A stretch of DNA of 63,487 nucleotides, counting the filler, from Octopus bimaculoides (lineage: Eukaryota), in NCBI RefSeq assembly GCF_001194135.2. It is 6 parts of 6 records of this genome, joined end to end, with 100 filler letters (N's around TTAATTAATTAA, not from the genome) between each part and the next. Parts side by side here need not be neighbours in the genome. Positions count along the whole stretch, not along the records: positions 45,516 to 56,860 come from NC_068986.1; positions 56,961 to 61,345 come from NC_068995.1; positions 61,446 to 63,487 come from NW_026416018.1; 3 more parts are not named here. One strand, given 5' to 3'. Below, one piece after another: positions 51,863 through 63,487 of the stretch. A program made the position numbers and the translations under genes. The notes under the pieces were generated by a model. It was not told the DNA's origin and searched no databases. It worked only from the letters and a program-made list of their open reading frames with translations. The stretch's first letter is position 1, and each line of letters starts with the position of its first letter.

Positions 51863-51864
51863 TG

Positions 51865-51894
<30 letters not shown>

Positions 51895-51896
<2 letters not shown>

Positions 51897-52105
51897 GACA
51901 GCAAGTTGGCAGAATTGTAAGCTCATTGTACAAAATGTTTATCGGTATTTCTTCTGGCTGTTTTCATTCTGAGTTCAAATACTGCCAAAGTCAACTTTGT
52001 CTTTCATCATATTGGGGTTGATAAAAATAAAGTACCAGTTGAGTACAGGGATCAATGTAATCGACTCCTCCCCTGCCCCATTTGGCCTTGTGCCAAAATT
52101 TGAGA
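51895..52105 (+). mobile_element. CORE-type SINE
   Basis: (ATT)n-aagacagcaagttggcagaattg...ggccttgtgccaaaatttgag. Confidence 0.85.
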
Positions 52106-52200
52106 CATTCTGTAAAGGATGGTGTGTATGTGTGCTGTGCTTTTAATGGATTCTTTGACCAACCATGATGCAGTTGTTTTATTCTAACACAAGATCCTAG

Positions 52201-52386
52201 ATGAAATAATTAGTTGCCAAATAAGAGCAACCCAGGAACTTGTTAGATGTAATACAAATACACTAATGACAGATGATACGTGGTCAATCAGTAACGAGCA
52301 ATATTTTAGTCATACAACCCTTTGTTATTTTGCTTTATATAATAACACTGACTGGATCGCTGTGGGTTTGGTCACTGCAGTCCCTG
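52201..52386 (+). CDS. Candidate internal exon (186 bp, phase 1-1) of an unknown gene
   Basis: ttctaac...cctag|AT GAA ATA...GTC CCT G|gtgagc. The open frame EIISCQIRATQELVRCNTNTL...LCYFALYNNTDWIAVGLVTAVP ends in a hydrophobic stretch. No recognised homology. Confidence 0.3.
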
Positions 52387-53286
52387 GTGAGCAAAATGAC
52401 CTTTTCCAGTAATCACAATTCGGTTAGTTTTTACATTGCTCTCTCTTTCTCTCTCTCTCTTTCACACTCGTAGTGTGAGAAGAAAAGAAAGTAAAAAAAA
52501 AAACTAATAAATTGCAAAGGCATGATATACGATACATCATTATTTTATATCCACTGAATATAATAGAGTTTTCTTGTCAGATATTGTGTGAATCAAACAT
52601 GCTTTTATTCAATTAATCTCCCTCAATAGTCACTTGTAAATAAAATATGTACAGTACCCTTACTACTAAGCAGATTATATACTGCCACCCTGCGTAAATC
52701 TACACAAATTGTTTTCTTTTTTCAAAGGGCAAGTAACTCAGCTTGTTCTTTTTACAGATAAATTGCAAATTAAATTCTGTTAAATAGATTATGGAAGTAG
52801 ATTGAATGAACAGTATCAGACTAGTTTGTTTTTTCATTAATTTTCTCCATCACTGTGAGTTCTTTCTGTAATTCTTTTAATTGTTACTAATTAATGGCTT
52901 ATCTATTATGCTAATTTGTTTAAGATTTTTCTTTCTTTTTATTCTTTACTCTTTTTATTCTTCTTCATATCTTTTAATGCAATCTCTTCTTCAACCACCG
53001 TTTATTTATCTTCCTGCTCTAAGGAGGCCAAGAACAATGCAATTATGCTATCAGTTTGAAATCTTTACCATCTTTCATTGCATGTACGTTGCTTCTAACC
53101 ATGCAGAACATTTTTAGTATGTTTTCTAATATATCGAGTACGATTTTTAAAAGGTTTGTTTTATTCTACAAACAGTTTAACATTTTTAGTATTCAAATTT
53201 GTTTGTATTAATGATTAAATCCTTGTAGCGATTTCAACATTGCACTGTTGAAGAAAAAAATTATAGAATTTCAGCAGGATTTTAAT

Positions 53287-53360
<74 letters not shown>

Positions 53361-53594
53361 GTCTGCACACACACATGTACATACATAAAATACTTACTTT
53401 GGGTTTGTGCCATGGTAAACATGGCATAATTTCAATCCTGTGTGTTCTTTCCTCTCACTATGGTTTATTCAATTTATCTGATAGAAATAACTGAGTACTT
53501 GTGCAGATTACTTATTTCGAATCTCTAAGTTCTAGTTCTTCAAGTTTTTTCTCGTTGATTGTGCGTCATCATCATCATCATCATCATCATCACA

Positions 53595-53643
<49 letters not shown>

Positions 53644-53645
<2 letters not shown>

Positions 53646-53862
53646 GGTGGCAAGCTGGTATAATTGTTGCCACGCTGGATGAAATGTTTAGTGGCATTTC
53701 TTCTGATTACGTTTTGAGTTCAAATACCACCGAGGTCAACCTTGCCATTCATCCTTTTTGGGGTTCAGTAAAATAAGTACCAGTTGAGCATATAGGGGTC
53801 AATGTAATTGATTTCCCCATCCCTTAAAATTCTAGGCCTGCTTTATACCTAGAGTAGAAAAG
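53644..53862 (+). mobile_element. CORE-type SINE between (ATT)n and ATT/GTT tracts
   Basis: attattatt-aaggtggcaagctgg...gagtagaaaag-attattgttgtt. Confidence 0.85.
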
Positions 53863-53889
53863 ATTATTGTTGTTGTTGTCATTACTATG

Positions 53890-54095
53890 GTGTCACAAAA
53901 CAGTAGCCAGTGCACTCTGTAAAGTGGTGGGCATTAGGAAGGGTATCCAACTGTAGAAAGCAAGCCAAAACAGACTATAGAACCTGGTGCAGCTTCTCAC
54001 CTTGTCAGCTCCTGTCAAACCACCCAACCCATGCTGGCATGGAAAATAGATTTTAAGTGGTGATAGTGGTGGTGGTGGTGTTGATGATGACGATG
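53890..54095 (+). mobile_element. RTE-tailed SINE fragment
   Basis: ggcattaggaagggtatccaactgtagaaa...aacccatgctggcatggaaaatag followed by a GAT/GGT tail. Confidence 0.7.
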
Positions 54096-54174
54096 ACAAT
54101 GAAAAGATTTAATGTCATCATCTGAAAGGAATACTACACTTATTTTTTCATTACTTTAATTTTTNNNNNNNNNN

Positions 54175-54247
<73 letters not shown>

Positions 54248-54714
54248 TGCTACTGATTTAATAAGTAAAATGTCTGAATATATATTTTACTGCTGCGATG
54301 TAAGTAAATAATATCTTCTTCACTTCATCCACGTTTGCCTGTTTATTTATTTTATTTATATTGTGTACAACCATTTGTTGGAGCTTATATGAGTTGTACA
54401 ACTAACTGATTGGTCAAAATGCCCTACAGACTATTTATCTCTCCTGCTGTGATAGTAAAGTGTCTTAAAGTGGACAAGACATGGTAGCATGTGTGAGATA
54501 ATTGACTGCAGTTTCAAGTCATTTGTGGTGATGAAGGCAGTGAGAAGCAGTCTCTCTCTTTTCTTTGGTAAATAGCTATTCTAGATTCTCCTTGCTAGAT
54601 GCACTCAGTTGAATGTGATTGGTCATTTGAATGGAAGATTTATTTCTTTGGGCTCAGAGGTTTCTCTTTGTGAAGTGGCAGAGCTTAGTACCGCTGTTTT
54701 AAGTCAGTTTTATA

Positions 54715-55050
54715 ATATCTTTTTGTCTTTTACTTGTTTCAGTCATTAGACTGCGACGATGCTGGGGCACCACCTTAATGTTAGTTAAATGAATCAGCTC
54801 CCAGTACTTATTTTTAAGAAGTCTTTTTTTTTTTTTTTAAATCTGGTACTTATTCTATCAGTCACTTTTGCCAAACATACCACTTGTTGTCAAGTGGTGG
54901 TGGACGACAAATAAAGACAGAAAGACATGCACACGCGTGTCCAGTAGGATTCTTTTGGTTTCCATCTACCAAATCCACCCACACGACTTTGGTCAGCCCA
55001 AAGAAGACGCTTAGAAGACACTTGCCCAAGGTACCATGCAGTAAGAGCTG
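54715..55050 (-). mobile_element. SINE family 2 (degenerate)
   Basis: gtttcagtcattagactgcg...cacttgcccaaggtaccatgcagt. Confidence 0.75.
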
Positions 55051-56499
55051 TGGTAGTTAGCTCTATGTAAAGATACTGTTTTTTATTTTTTTCTTCTTCC
55101 TGACCTGACAAAATGACCACAATGTTTAGGAGTGGGAAATAAAAGGCCAACCATTTATACATTCCTATAGCTGTTTGACTGAAATGAAATTACTACCATA
55201 TTTTCTGGCATACAAGTACAGTGCAAGTTGGTACATCGATGTAAGTATGTTGTGTAAGCATTCAAACATTGTCAATATCTTTCTGAACACTACTGTATTC
55301 TACATGGAATATTTGGCCCCCACCAGAGTCATCTTGGTGTGTAAGTCAATTTTTTTTTTTTTCTTCTTTTTCTTTCTTAGCTGTAAATTTTTGTCTCGAC
55401 TTGTACGCCTGAAAATACATTATAACTGGAGGTTGAAACTGTATAGCACTACTCTCTTGCTTGGGAGTCTTTTGCTGATTCTCAACGACACTCACAAGTT
55501 GCAAACAGATCTTGTAAAACATTCAGTGTAGCTTTCCTGCTGTTTGTAATAATCTTGTCACCTATGCTTTAATAATAATTAAGTTTTTCGGTTCACACTT
55601 ATTACCAAAAACTTATTCTCTGTGTCAAATAACAATGTTTCCAATATAGAGTCAGTAAAGCCTTCTTGGATTATCAATATTATTCTTATTATTCTTATTA
55701 TTATTGGTTTTTAGTTAATTATCTTTTGTTTGCTTCCATTTTTGGCATATACAAGTGTCATTGCACACCTTGTCATAGAACAGAACAGTTATCTGACTTC
55801 CATCAGTGGCAGTTCTAAAGGCATTTTCAGGCAACCGCAATAGTTACTTATATAACCTATATAATGGAATGGAAATTAGAAATGAATCTACTCTCTTTGA
55901 TGTAATGCTACAAGTGAGAGAGAGAGAGGGGAGCGGGGTGTCATATTTGGTTTATTGTGTGTGTGTGTGTGTGCGTGCATGCGTGCGTAAACATCAAAAT
56001 TAGCTAAGAGAACTTATTCAGAAGTAGCCACTGATGTGAATTTGGATCCCAAGCAACCAACAATTCTTTAGCATTAATATGCCGTTGAGGGTAAAGCAGT
56101 CTTTCCTGGTGACAAGAGGGCAACTGTTATATATATATATATATATAATAAAATAATGATGAAAATAAACTAATACACCTGCCATCAATGTACGAACTGA
56201 CCATAAACAAATCAGTAACATCCTCCACATACAATTGCATGAAATATATCCAGTACACAATAGATACATCCCACAGCCAGTGAGACAACTCGAGTATCAC
56301 ATACATCAATGAATATAAAGCACTGCCTCTACAACATGTATTAAGCACTCCTTTCTCATTCGTTTGACATTAATAATGTATACACACATGCACATGCATG
56401 TGTCGGGAAATTATGTAGGTGGCTTACAACATATATAGAGCCATCAGTTCATAGGCTTTGAGTTAAATCCCTACATGTTATTCATGCATACAGGCTTGT

Positions 56500-56740
56500 C
56501 CTTTACAGGTGCCAGTGCCACGGAAAATGCATTCATACCAGTGTTGTGTAAATGCACCCATGCTGGTGGCATGTAAAAAGCACCCAACACACTGTAAAGT
56601 GGTTGACTTTAGGAAGGGCATCCAGCTGTTGAAAGCATGCCACAGTAGACTATTTGGAATCTGGCCAGCTCCTGCCAAACTGTCCAAAGCATGCCAGCAT
56701 GAAAAACAAAGATTAGACAATGACGAGGATGATGATGAAA
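56500..56740 (+). mobile_element. RTE-tailed SINE fragment
   Basis: ggtgccagtgccacggaaaatgc...taggaagggcatccagctgt...catgccagcatgaaaaac...gatgatgatg. Confidence 0.7.
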
Positions 56741-56960
56741 GCAGACCACTTACATCTGCATTTGTTATTTCATCCCCCTATCAGAACATGGAATAATACA
56801 TACAATAGACTTGCTACCTATCCAGGTTCAAATATCTCTCTCTCTCTCTCTTTCTCTCTTNNNNNNNNNNNNNNNNNNNNNNNNNNNNNNNNNNNNNNNN
56901 NNNNTTAATTAATTAANNNNNNNNNNNNNNNNNNNNNNNNNNNNNNNNNNNNNNNNNNNN

Positions 56961-57004
<44 letters not shown>

Positions 57005-57006
<2 letters not shown>

Positions 57007-57206
57007 TGTGTATCTGTGTTCGTCACCCCAGCATCGCTTGACAACCGATGGTGCTGTGTTTACGTCCCCGTAACCTAGTGGCTCGGCTAAAGAGGCCTAT
57101 AGAATAAGTACTAGGCTTACAACGAATAAGTCCTGGGGCGAATTGCTCGACTAAAGGCGGTGCTCCAGCATGGCCGTAGTCAAATATCTGAAACAAGTAA
57201 AAGAGT
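57005..57206 (+). mobile_element. 3' half of SINE family 2
   Basis: catcgcttgacaaccgatg...gcggtgctccagcatggccgtagtc. Confidence 0.9.
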
Positions 57207-58256
57207 ATATTATTATTCATAGCTTTATCGGCGATGAGTTCAAACATTCCAAAAAATTATTTTACGTTCGCCCGTAGTTTCTAAATTTTTATTACGTCAA
57301 CAGTATGTATATGTACACACACACACACACATATCGGTACACACACAGACACATATACCGTTTAAACTTGGATCAACCTATGAGGATCCGTCTCATGGAT
57401 TTACTAGGATTCAAAAGAAAATCTTTTAATGTATCACACTTAATTTATCTAATATCTTCTGAATTATTTAATTATTTATCTGTGTAGTGATTGTTTTATT
57501 CTTACAGTAAAATTATTTAAATGATATATTAATTTATCTAGATAACTTTTCTCGCTAGCGTAATAAATGTCATAACAATACAATCTAAATATTATGAAAA
57601 AAAAGTGTAGGAGAAATAGGATGTAATGTAATCATCGTGATTTTAATTAAGCGAGTGTTGTCATCTTAAACCTATTATGGATTAATCTGATGAAATAATA
57701 ATAATTATTGCCAAAGAAAATTTCAAGTGACTTGAACACTTTTTTACAAATTCGCTCACGCAATAAAATCCTGGGAGAAACTGAGAAAAAAAAGTGAATT
57801 TTTGCCGTGAAAGTTTCACAAGATCATGCACCTTTCTTTTAAAAGTATTAACCAATGAAAGTCGTTAAATTTAATTCGTCATTTAATACAAGATGTAGCA
57901 TACGATCTTTCATCTCGTCAAATAATCAGGTACGAACAGTGTTTATATTACTCAAANNNNNNNNNNNNNNNNNNNNNNNNNNNNNNNNNNNNNNNNNNNN
58001 NNNNNNNNNNNNNNNNNNNNNNNNNNNNNNNNNNNNNNNNNNNNNNNNNNNNNNNNNNNNNNNNNNNNNNNNNNNNNNNNNNNNNNNNNNNNNNNNNNNN
58101 NNNNNNNNNNNNNNNNNNNNNNNNNNNNNNNNNNNNNNNNNNNNNNNNNNNNNNNNNNNNNNNNNNNNNNNNNNNNNNNNNNNNNNNNNNNNNNNNNNNN
58201 NNNNNNNNNNNNNNNNNNNNNNNNNNNNNNNNNNNNNNNNNNNNNNNNNNNNNNNN

Positions 58257-58301
<45 letters not shown>

Positions 58302-58304
<3 letters not shown>

Positions 58305-58374
58305 TTCACTCGTTTATTACAGTTCTTATTTTAACTCATGACCATTTTCTGGACAGTAATAAACGAGTGAAGAA
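58302..58374. repeat. 73-bp hairpin element (19-bp perfect inverted repeat) embedded in (TA)n
   Basis: ttcttcactcgtttattac (58302-58320) / gtaataaacgagtgaagaa (58356-58374). Confidence 0.9.
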
Positions 58375-58625
58375 CATATATATAGTGCGTGTGTCTATTT
58401 GGCAAAAAAAAAAGAAAAAAATGACCGTCCCGAAATATCTAATTCAACGCACGATTTCACATCAGGAATATACATATATACATATATATATATATATATG
58501 TACATATATATATACATTCATATGTACCTATGTTGATATGTATGAGCATAATGCTACTTATGTATGCATGTATATATTTATACAAACATACATATATAGA
58601 TATAGACCTTTCTCTATATATATTC

Positions 58626-58662
<37 letters not shown>

Positions 58663-59797
58663 TATATACACCTATACGTATTAATTATGTAAAGACATAT
58701 GTGTGTATACGTACGCACAAACACACATACAAGCATGCACACACGCACACGCACGCACACACATATGCCTGTATATACCTATGTGTATGTATGAATGTGT
58801 ATATGTATGCATGCATATGCTGTTTGCGGTCTGTAGCTACGATTACCAGATTTCCTTATCAAATTGCTAATACGACGCAGAATACGTGTTAGTCAACCAG
58901 AAACACCAAGTGAAACATTTATCGCAAACACAAGCAACCCTTCTACCCCTCCTTTACTTTACCTATCTCCCTCCCGCCCCTTTTTGTTTCCCTCTCTTTC
59001 ACTCCCCCCCTTCTTTCTCTCTCTCTCTCTCTTTCTCTCTCACTTATCTACTTACCTAATTCCGTCCCTATCCTTCGCTCTCTACTTACCTATCTTCCTA
59101 CCTTCATTACTGCCTATCTGTCTACCCCAAATTTAATATCTTCCTACCCTCCTATATCTTTCCACCTATTTTTCTACCTATCTCCACACCTACCCATCCG
59201 TTTTATTTTGCTTACATCTGTACCCAGCCACCCTTTTATCAGAGCTCTCTCACCGCAATCCAACCTGTTTACACAACTCTTGATGCCCCCACCGCAAACC
59301 TTCTCCTAAATTCGTCTCCTTTTTTTTCTGTTCTTTTCTCGACACCGCCGTTATTAAACCATATCTATCTTCCACAAACTACGGTACTTTACCACGCTTT
59401 CACCAAATTCTCTCGGTAACTATTACTCTACACCGTCGTTACATACTTCTCGCTGCTCAACGCCATCATTATCTCCACTTCTGCTACTATTACCGGAACT
59501 CAACGTTGCCAATCATTCTCTACTCTACGCAATAATTCTTTACTCATATTTATGCTACTCACCTCACTCTACAACTCGAGCAATTTATTCAAGTCTTTCA
59601 CAGCTACCCAGTTTTAAACCATAACCCTTTGTTCACTTTACTTCTTACTTCTACCTGTTCTACAGGCGTGAGAATATTGGGCGCAGCTGTTTGGGCGCTG
59701 AAGATCTGGCACGGCCGACTCGGCAGTCAACGTGTTTTATGGACAATTATTTCAGTGCTGGAGATAAACAAACACAAACACAGATGAACATGATAGC

Positions 59798-59977
<180 letters not shown>

Positions 59978-60204
59978 ACGAATGAGGAAGTGAAAGGGGT
60001 GAAGTACCAGCACTAGGCTGATACACGTTTTCGTTTGAGTAGAATAGAACAATTGGAAATGAGGCGACTTGCTCAATGGCACAATGTGCCGCCTTGTTCG
60101 AGGATCAAACCCAAGATCCTCTGATCGCGATCCTCAGGTTCCAACGACTACGCCTTGTGCCTTCACTGTATATATCAATGTACGTGTTTAATGTATAATC
60201 GAAA

Positions 60205-60490
60205 GGTGCATGACCGAATGGTTAGGATATTGCTCACACGAACGCAAAGATAGTGGTTTCGATTCCTGGACCGATGAGTTAGCTGTGTACTTGAGCAAAA
60301 TGCTGTAGTTCCAGTAATTCCAAACCATCAAGCTGTGAATGAATGAATGAATGAATGAATGAATGAATGACCTTGTGACGAACTGACGTCACGTTCAGTG
60401 GAGGGGGGGGATAATGTGATCCGAGTAATTTATAAGCCATGGAAACCTGGAAAATGACCCTTTGATTCTTAGGGTACAAGAGAGACCAGG
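60205..60490 (+). mobile_element. Decayed tRNA-headed SINE (fourth family) interrupted by (GAAT)n
   Basis: ggtgcatgaccgaatggttagg...ggtttcgattcctggacc...gtacttgagcaa...gtgacgaactgacgtcacgttcag...catggaaacctgg. An inverse tRNA-like head lies at 60060-60165. Confidence 0.55.
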
Positions 60491-60493
60491 GTT

Positions 60494-60694
60494 GGTGATG
60501 ATGATGATGATGATGACGACAACGACAATGACGACGACGATGACGACGACGATGATGAAGATGATGATGAGGATGGTGATGATGGCGAAGACGATGCCAC
60601 AACAATGACGACATGATGATGATGAAAATGATGACTACGACGACAGCAATGATGATGACGACGATGACGGCGATGATGATGATGACGACGATGA

Positions 60695-60733
<39 letters not shown>

Positions 60734-60925
60734 TAATGACCACGACGACACTGATGATCACAAGGACGACGGCGATGACGATGATGATGACAGCAATGAC
60801 GACGACGGACGACGAGGACGAAGGCGATGACGAGCTCGATGACCGGCGATGACGATGCAGACGACAATTACGACGACGGCGACGACGAGATGACGACGAT
60901 GAGATGACGACGATAATTACGAGGA
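60494..60925. repeat. Long degenerate (GAT/GAC)n trinucleotide tract
   Basis: Direct reading; source of the poly-M/T/D/R/S ORFs. Confidence 0.95.
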
Positions 60926-61293
60926 TGTAATTTCTAATCACGTAGATCAAAGCGCGCAAATATCAATACGCATGCACACGCAAAAACACATACAGACAGG
61001 CATGCACACACATACACGCATACACATACTCAGAAGCATTATAGCGTTTATAAGGTATTGGACTACAGCACAGACATTGTCACCCCACCCATATTGACAT
61101 ATATGTAAACGTGTTTAATAAAATATATGAACAACTTCATCTAATGTATTACATTATATCACTAATCATTTTTGTCGCTGAGTCAGGGCAAGTCAACAGC
61201 GTATGTATGTATGTACGTATGTATGTGTGTATATATGTGTGTATGGATTGATGTATTCTCTATATATACATCTACTTGTGTATATAAATATGC

Positions 61294-61345
<52 letters not shown>

Positions 61346-61445
61346 NNNNNNNNNNNNNNNNNNNNNNNNNNNNNNNNNNNNNNNNNNNNTTAATTAATTA
61401 ANNNNNNNNNNNNNNNNNNNNNNNNNNNNNNNNNNNNNNNNNNNN

Positions 61446-61810
61446 CGATGCCCGTTTATACGAAACTGCGGCAGTATGTGCCTCACTGCTGCTATAAATA
61501 TGTATTTGCGGCTGTAACAACAAACTTGAACACGTAAATACGAAACAGTGGCAACAAAATTAAGCTCCACAACGTAAATCTGTACGCGCCGACGCAACAG
61601 CGTGCCTAGTGGCGCAAAAACGTGCCCAAAGCCGCGACGACGTATTCCAAGCCGTAAATACCAGCCGATGCCCGTTTATACGAAACTGCGGCAGTATGAG
61701 TGTCACTGCGGCTATAAGTACGTACTTGCGGCTGTATCAACAAACCTGAACACGTAAGTACGAAACAATGGCGACAAAAATAAGCTCCACAACGTAAATC
61801 TGTACCCGCC
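61446..61810. repeat. Tandem duplication with a 220-bp period (one full and one partial copy)
   Basis: cgatgcccgtttatacgaaactgcggcagtatg occurs at 61446 and 61666. Confidence 0.9.
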
Positions 61811-61829
61811 GAAACAATGGCGACAAGAC

Positions 61830-63487
61830 CATACATTTGCACACTGGCCCAAAAGTCCGGGTCAAAACATCTGCACAGTGGCCATAAAGCCGGGGACCAA
61901 AAATTGAACACTGACTATAAATTCGGGGTTCAATCATTTTCACACAGTCCATTTAATCAGAGTCCAATCATCTGCACACTGGCTATTTAATCGGGTACCA
62001 AAAAATCGCACACTGGCCATAAAGTCGGCGACTAAAAATTGCCTACTATTCATAAACACGGGGACCAAAAATTTAACACTGGCCAGAAATTAGAGGTCTA
62101 AAAATTTGCACAGTGGTCATAAAGTCGGGGACCAAAAGTTGAACACTGGCCATAAAGTCGGACACCAAAAGTTGAACACTGGCCATAAAGTCGGGGTCTA
62201 AATATTTGCACAATTGCAATTTAGTCGGGGTCCAAACATTTGCACTCTGGCCATAAATTCAGGGTCAAATCATTTGAACACTTGCCATTTAATCGGCGAC
62301 CAAACATTTGCACAGTGGCCATAAAATTGGGGACCAAAAGTTGAACACTGAAATCGGGGACCAATCATTTTCACACTGGCCGTAAAGTCGGGGACTAAAA
62401 ATTGAACACTGGCCATGAAATCGGGGACCAAAAATTGAACACTTTTCATAAAGGCGGGGTGTAAGAATCGCACACTGGCCATAAATTCAGGGTCCAATCA
62501 TTTGCAAAATGGCCATTTAATCGGGGTCCCAACATTTGCACACTGACCTTTAATTCGGGGTCCAAACATTTGCACACTGGCCATAAATTCGGGGTCACAC
62601 ATTTGCACACTGGCTATAAAGTCGGGGACCAAAAATGGAACACTGGCCATAAAGTCGGATTAAATGGCCAGTGTGCCGGCTGTTTGGCCAGTGTTCAATT
62701 ATTGGTCCCCGACTTTATGGCCAGTGTGCAAATGTTTGGTCCACGATATTATGGCCACTGAACAAATGTTTGGTTCCCGTCTTTATGGCCAGTGTGCAAA
62801 TGTTTGGTCCCTGATTTTATGGCCATTATGCAAATGTTCGTTCTCCGCGTTTATGGCCAGTAGGCAAATGTTTGGACCCCGACTTTATGGCCACTATGTA
62901 AACGTTTGGACCCCGACGTTATGGCCACTGTTTAAATGTTTAGACTTCGACTTTATGGCCACTAAGTTAGTGTTTGGACCCGGTCTTTATAGCCACTAAG
63001 TAAATGTTGGGACTCCGTCTTTATGGCCACTGTGTAAATGTTTGGACCCCGAATTTATGGCCAATGTGCAAATGTTTGGACCCCGACATTATGACCACTA
63101 TGTAAACGTTTGGACCCGACGTTATGGCCACTGTTTAAATGTTTAGACTTCGACTTTATGGCCACTAAGTTAGTGTTTGGACCCGGTCTTTATAGCCACT
63201 AAGTAAATGTTGGGACTCCGTCTTTATGGCCACTGTGTAAATGTTTGGACCCCGAATTTATGGCCATTCTGCATATGTTTGGACCCCGACTTTATGGCCA
63301 CTGTGTAAATGTTTGGACCCCAACTTTATGGCAAGTGCGTAAATGTTTGGACCTCGAATTTATGGCCACTGTGTAAATGTTGAGACCCCGACTTTATGGC
63401 CACTGTGTAAACGTTTGGACCCTGACTTTATGGCCATTGTGTAAATATTTGAACCCCGACTTTATAGCCACTGTCTAAATATTTGGA
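61830..63487. repeat. Array of about 34-bp monomers in two inverted arms (switch at 62650-62684); fold-back-like
   Basis: Left monomer catttgcacactggccataaagtcggggtccaaa; right monomer ccccgactttatggccactgtgtaaatgtttgga. About 24 monomers per arm within the window. Confidence 0.95.

Noticed and set aside
54390-54660. Two GATTGGTC (inverted CCAAT) boxes as a promoter
   Set aside because: No associated transcription start or gene can be shown.
56018-56328. Possible minus-strand exons (56179-56328 and 56123 onward) with plausible splice sites
   Set aside because: Several alternative donor and frame combinations fit, none gives a recognisable protein, and there is no independent support.
59220-59640. 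Possible Penelope RT relic (YATHLTLQLEQFIQVFHSYPVLN)
   Set aside because: Only a weak resemblance in one short stretch; too decayed to call.
60279-60959. His/Arg/Ser/Asp-rich ORFs
   Set aside because: Products of a (GAT/GAC)n tract that is open in several frames on both strands.
61830-63487. CRISPR-like regular repeats
   Set aside because: Contiguous degenerate monomers with no unique spacers, no cas genes and a eukaryotic context.

Overview
AT-rich, microsatellite-dense animal nuclear DNA from a gappy draft assembly. The SINE repertoire and repeat density suggest an octopus or other coleoid cephalopod (inference). Five identical 100-bp linkers (N44-TTAATTAATTAA-N44) split the window into six stitched pieces: 1-12364, 12465-28182, 28283-45415, 45516-56860, 56961-61345 and 61446-63487. 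Adjacency across them is artificial. The only well-supported host coding sequence is a minus-strand, stop-free 348-codon frame at 1-1044 (beta-propeller/NHL-like) that the ORF track missed, probably continuous with a charged N-terminal segment at 1411-1589. Almost everything else is mobile-element debris: RTE-, R4/Dong- and L1/Tx1-type LINEs, Penelope-like elements (PLEs), a mariner transposase remnant, mariner and piggyBac MITEs, a Helitron end and several tRNA-headed SINE families. The most interesting observations are (i) several distinct minimal type I hammerhead-ribozyme-like motifs, including a 107-bp-arm palindrome carrying one on each strand, (ii) a circularly permuted R4-type LINE fragment whose halves rejoin in frame, (iii) a fold-back array of 34-bp monomers with mirror symmetry and a 6-mer higher-order repeat, and (iv) systematic association of CORE-SINE copies with (ATT)n tracts. 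No rRNA, bona fide tRNA gene or CRISPR array is supported. All calls come from manual reading; no searches or folding programs were run.
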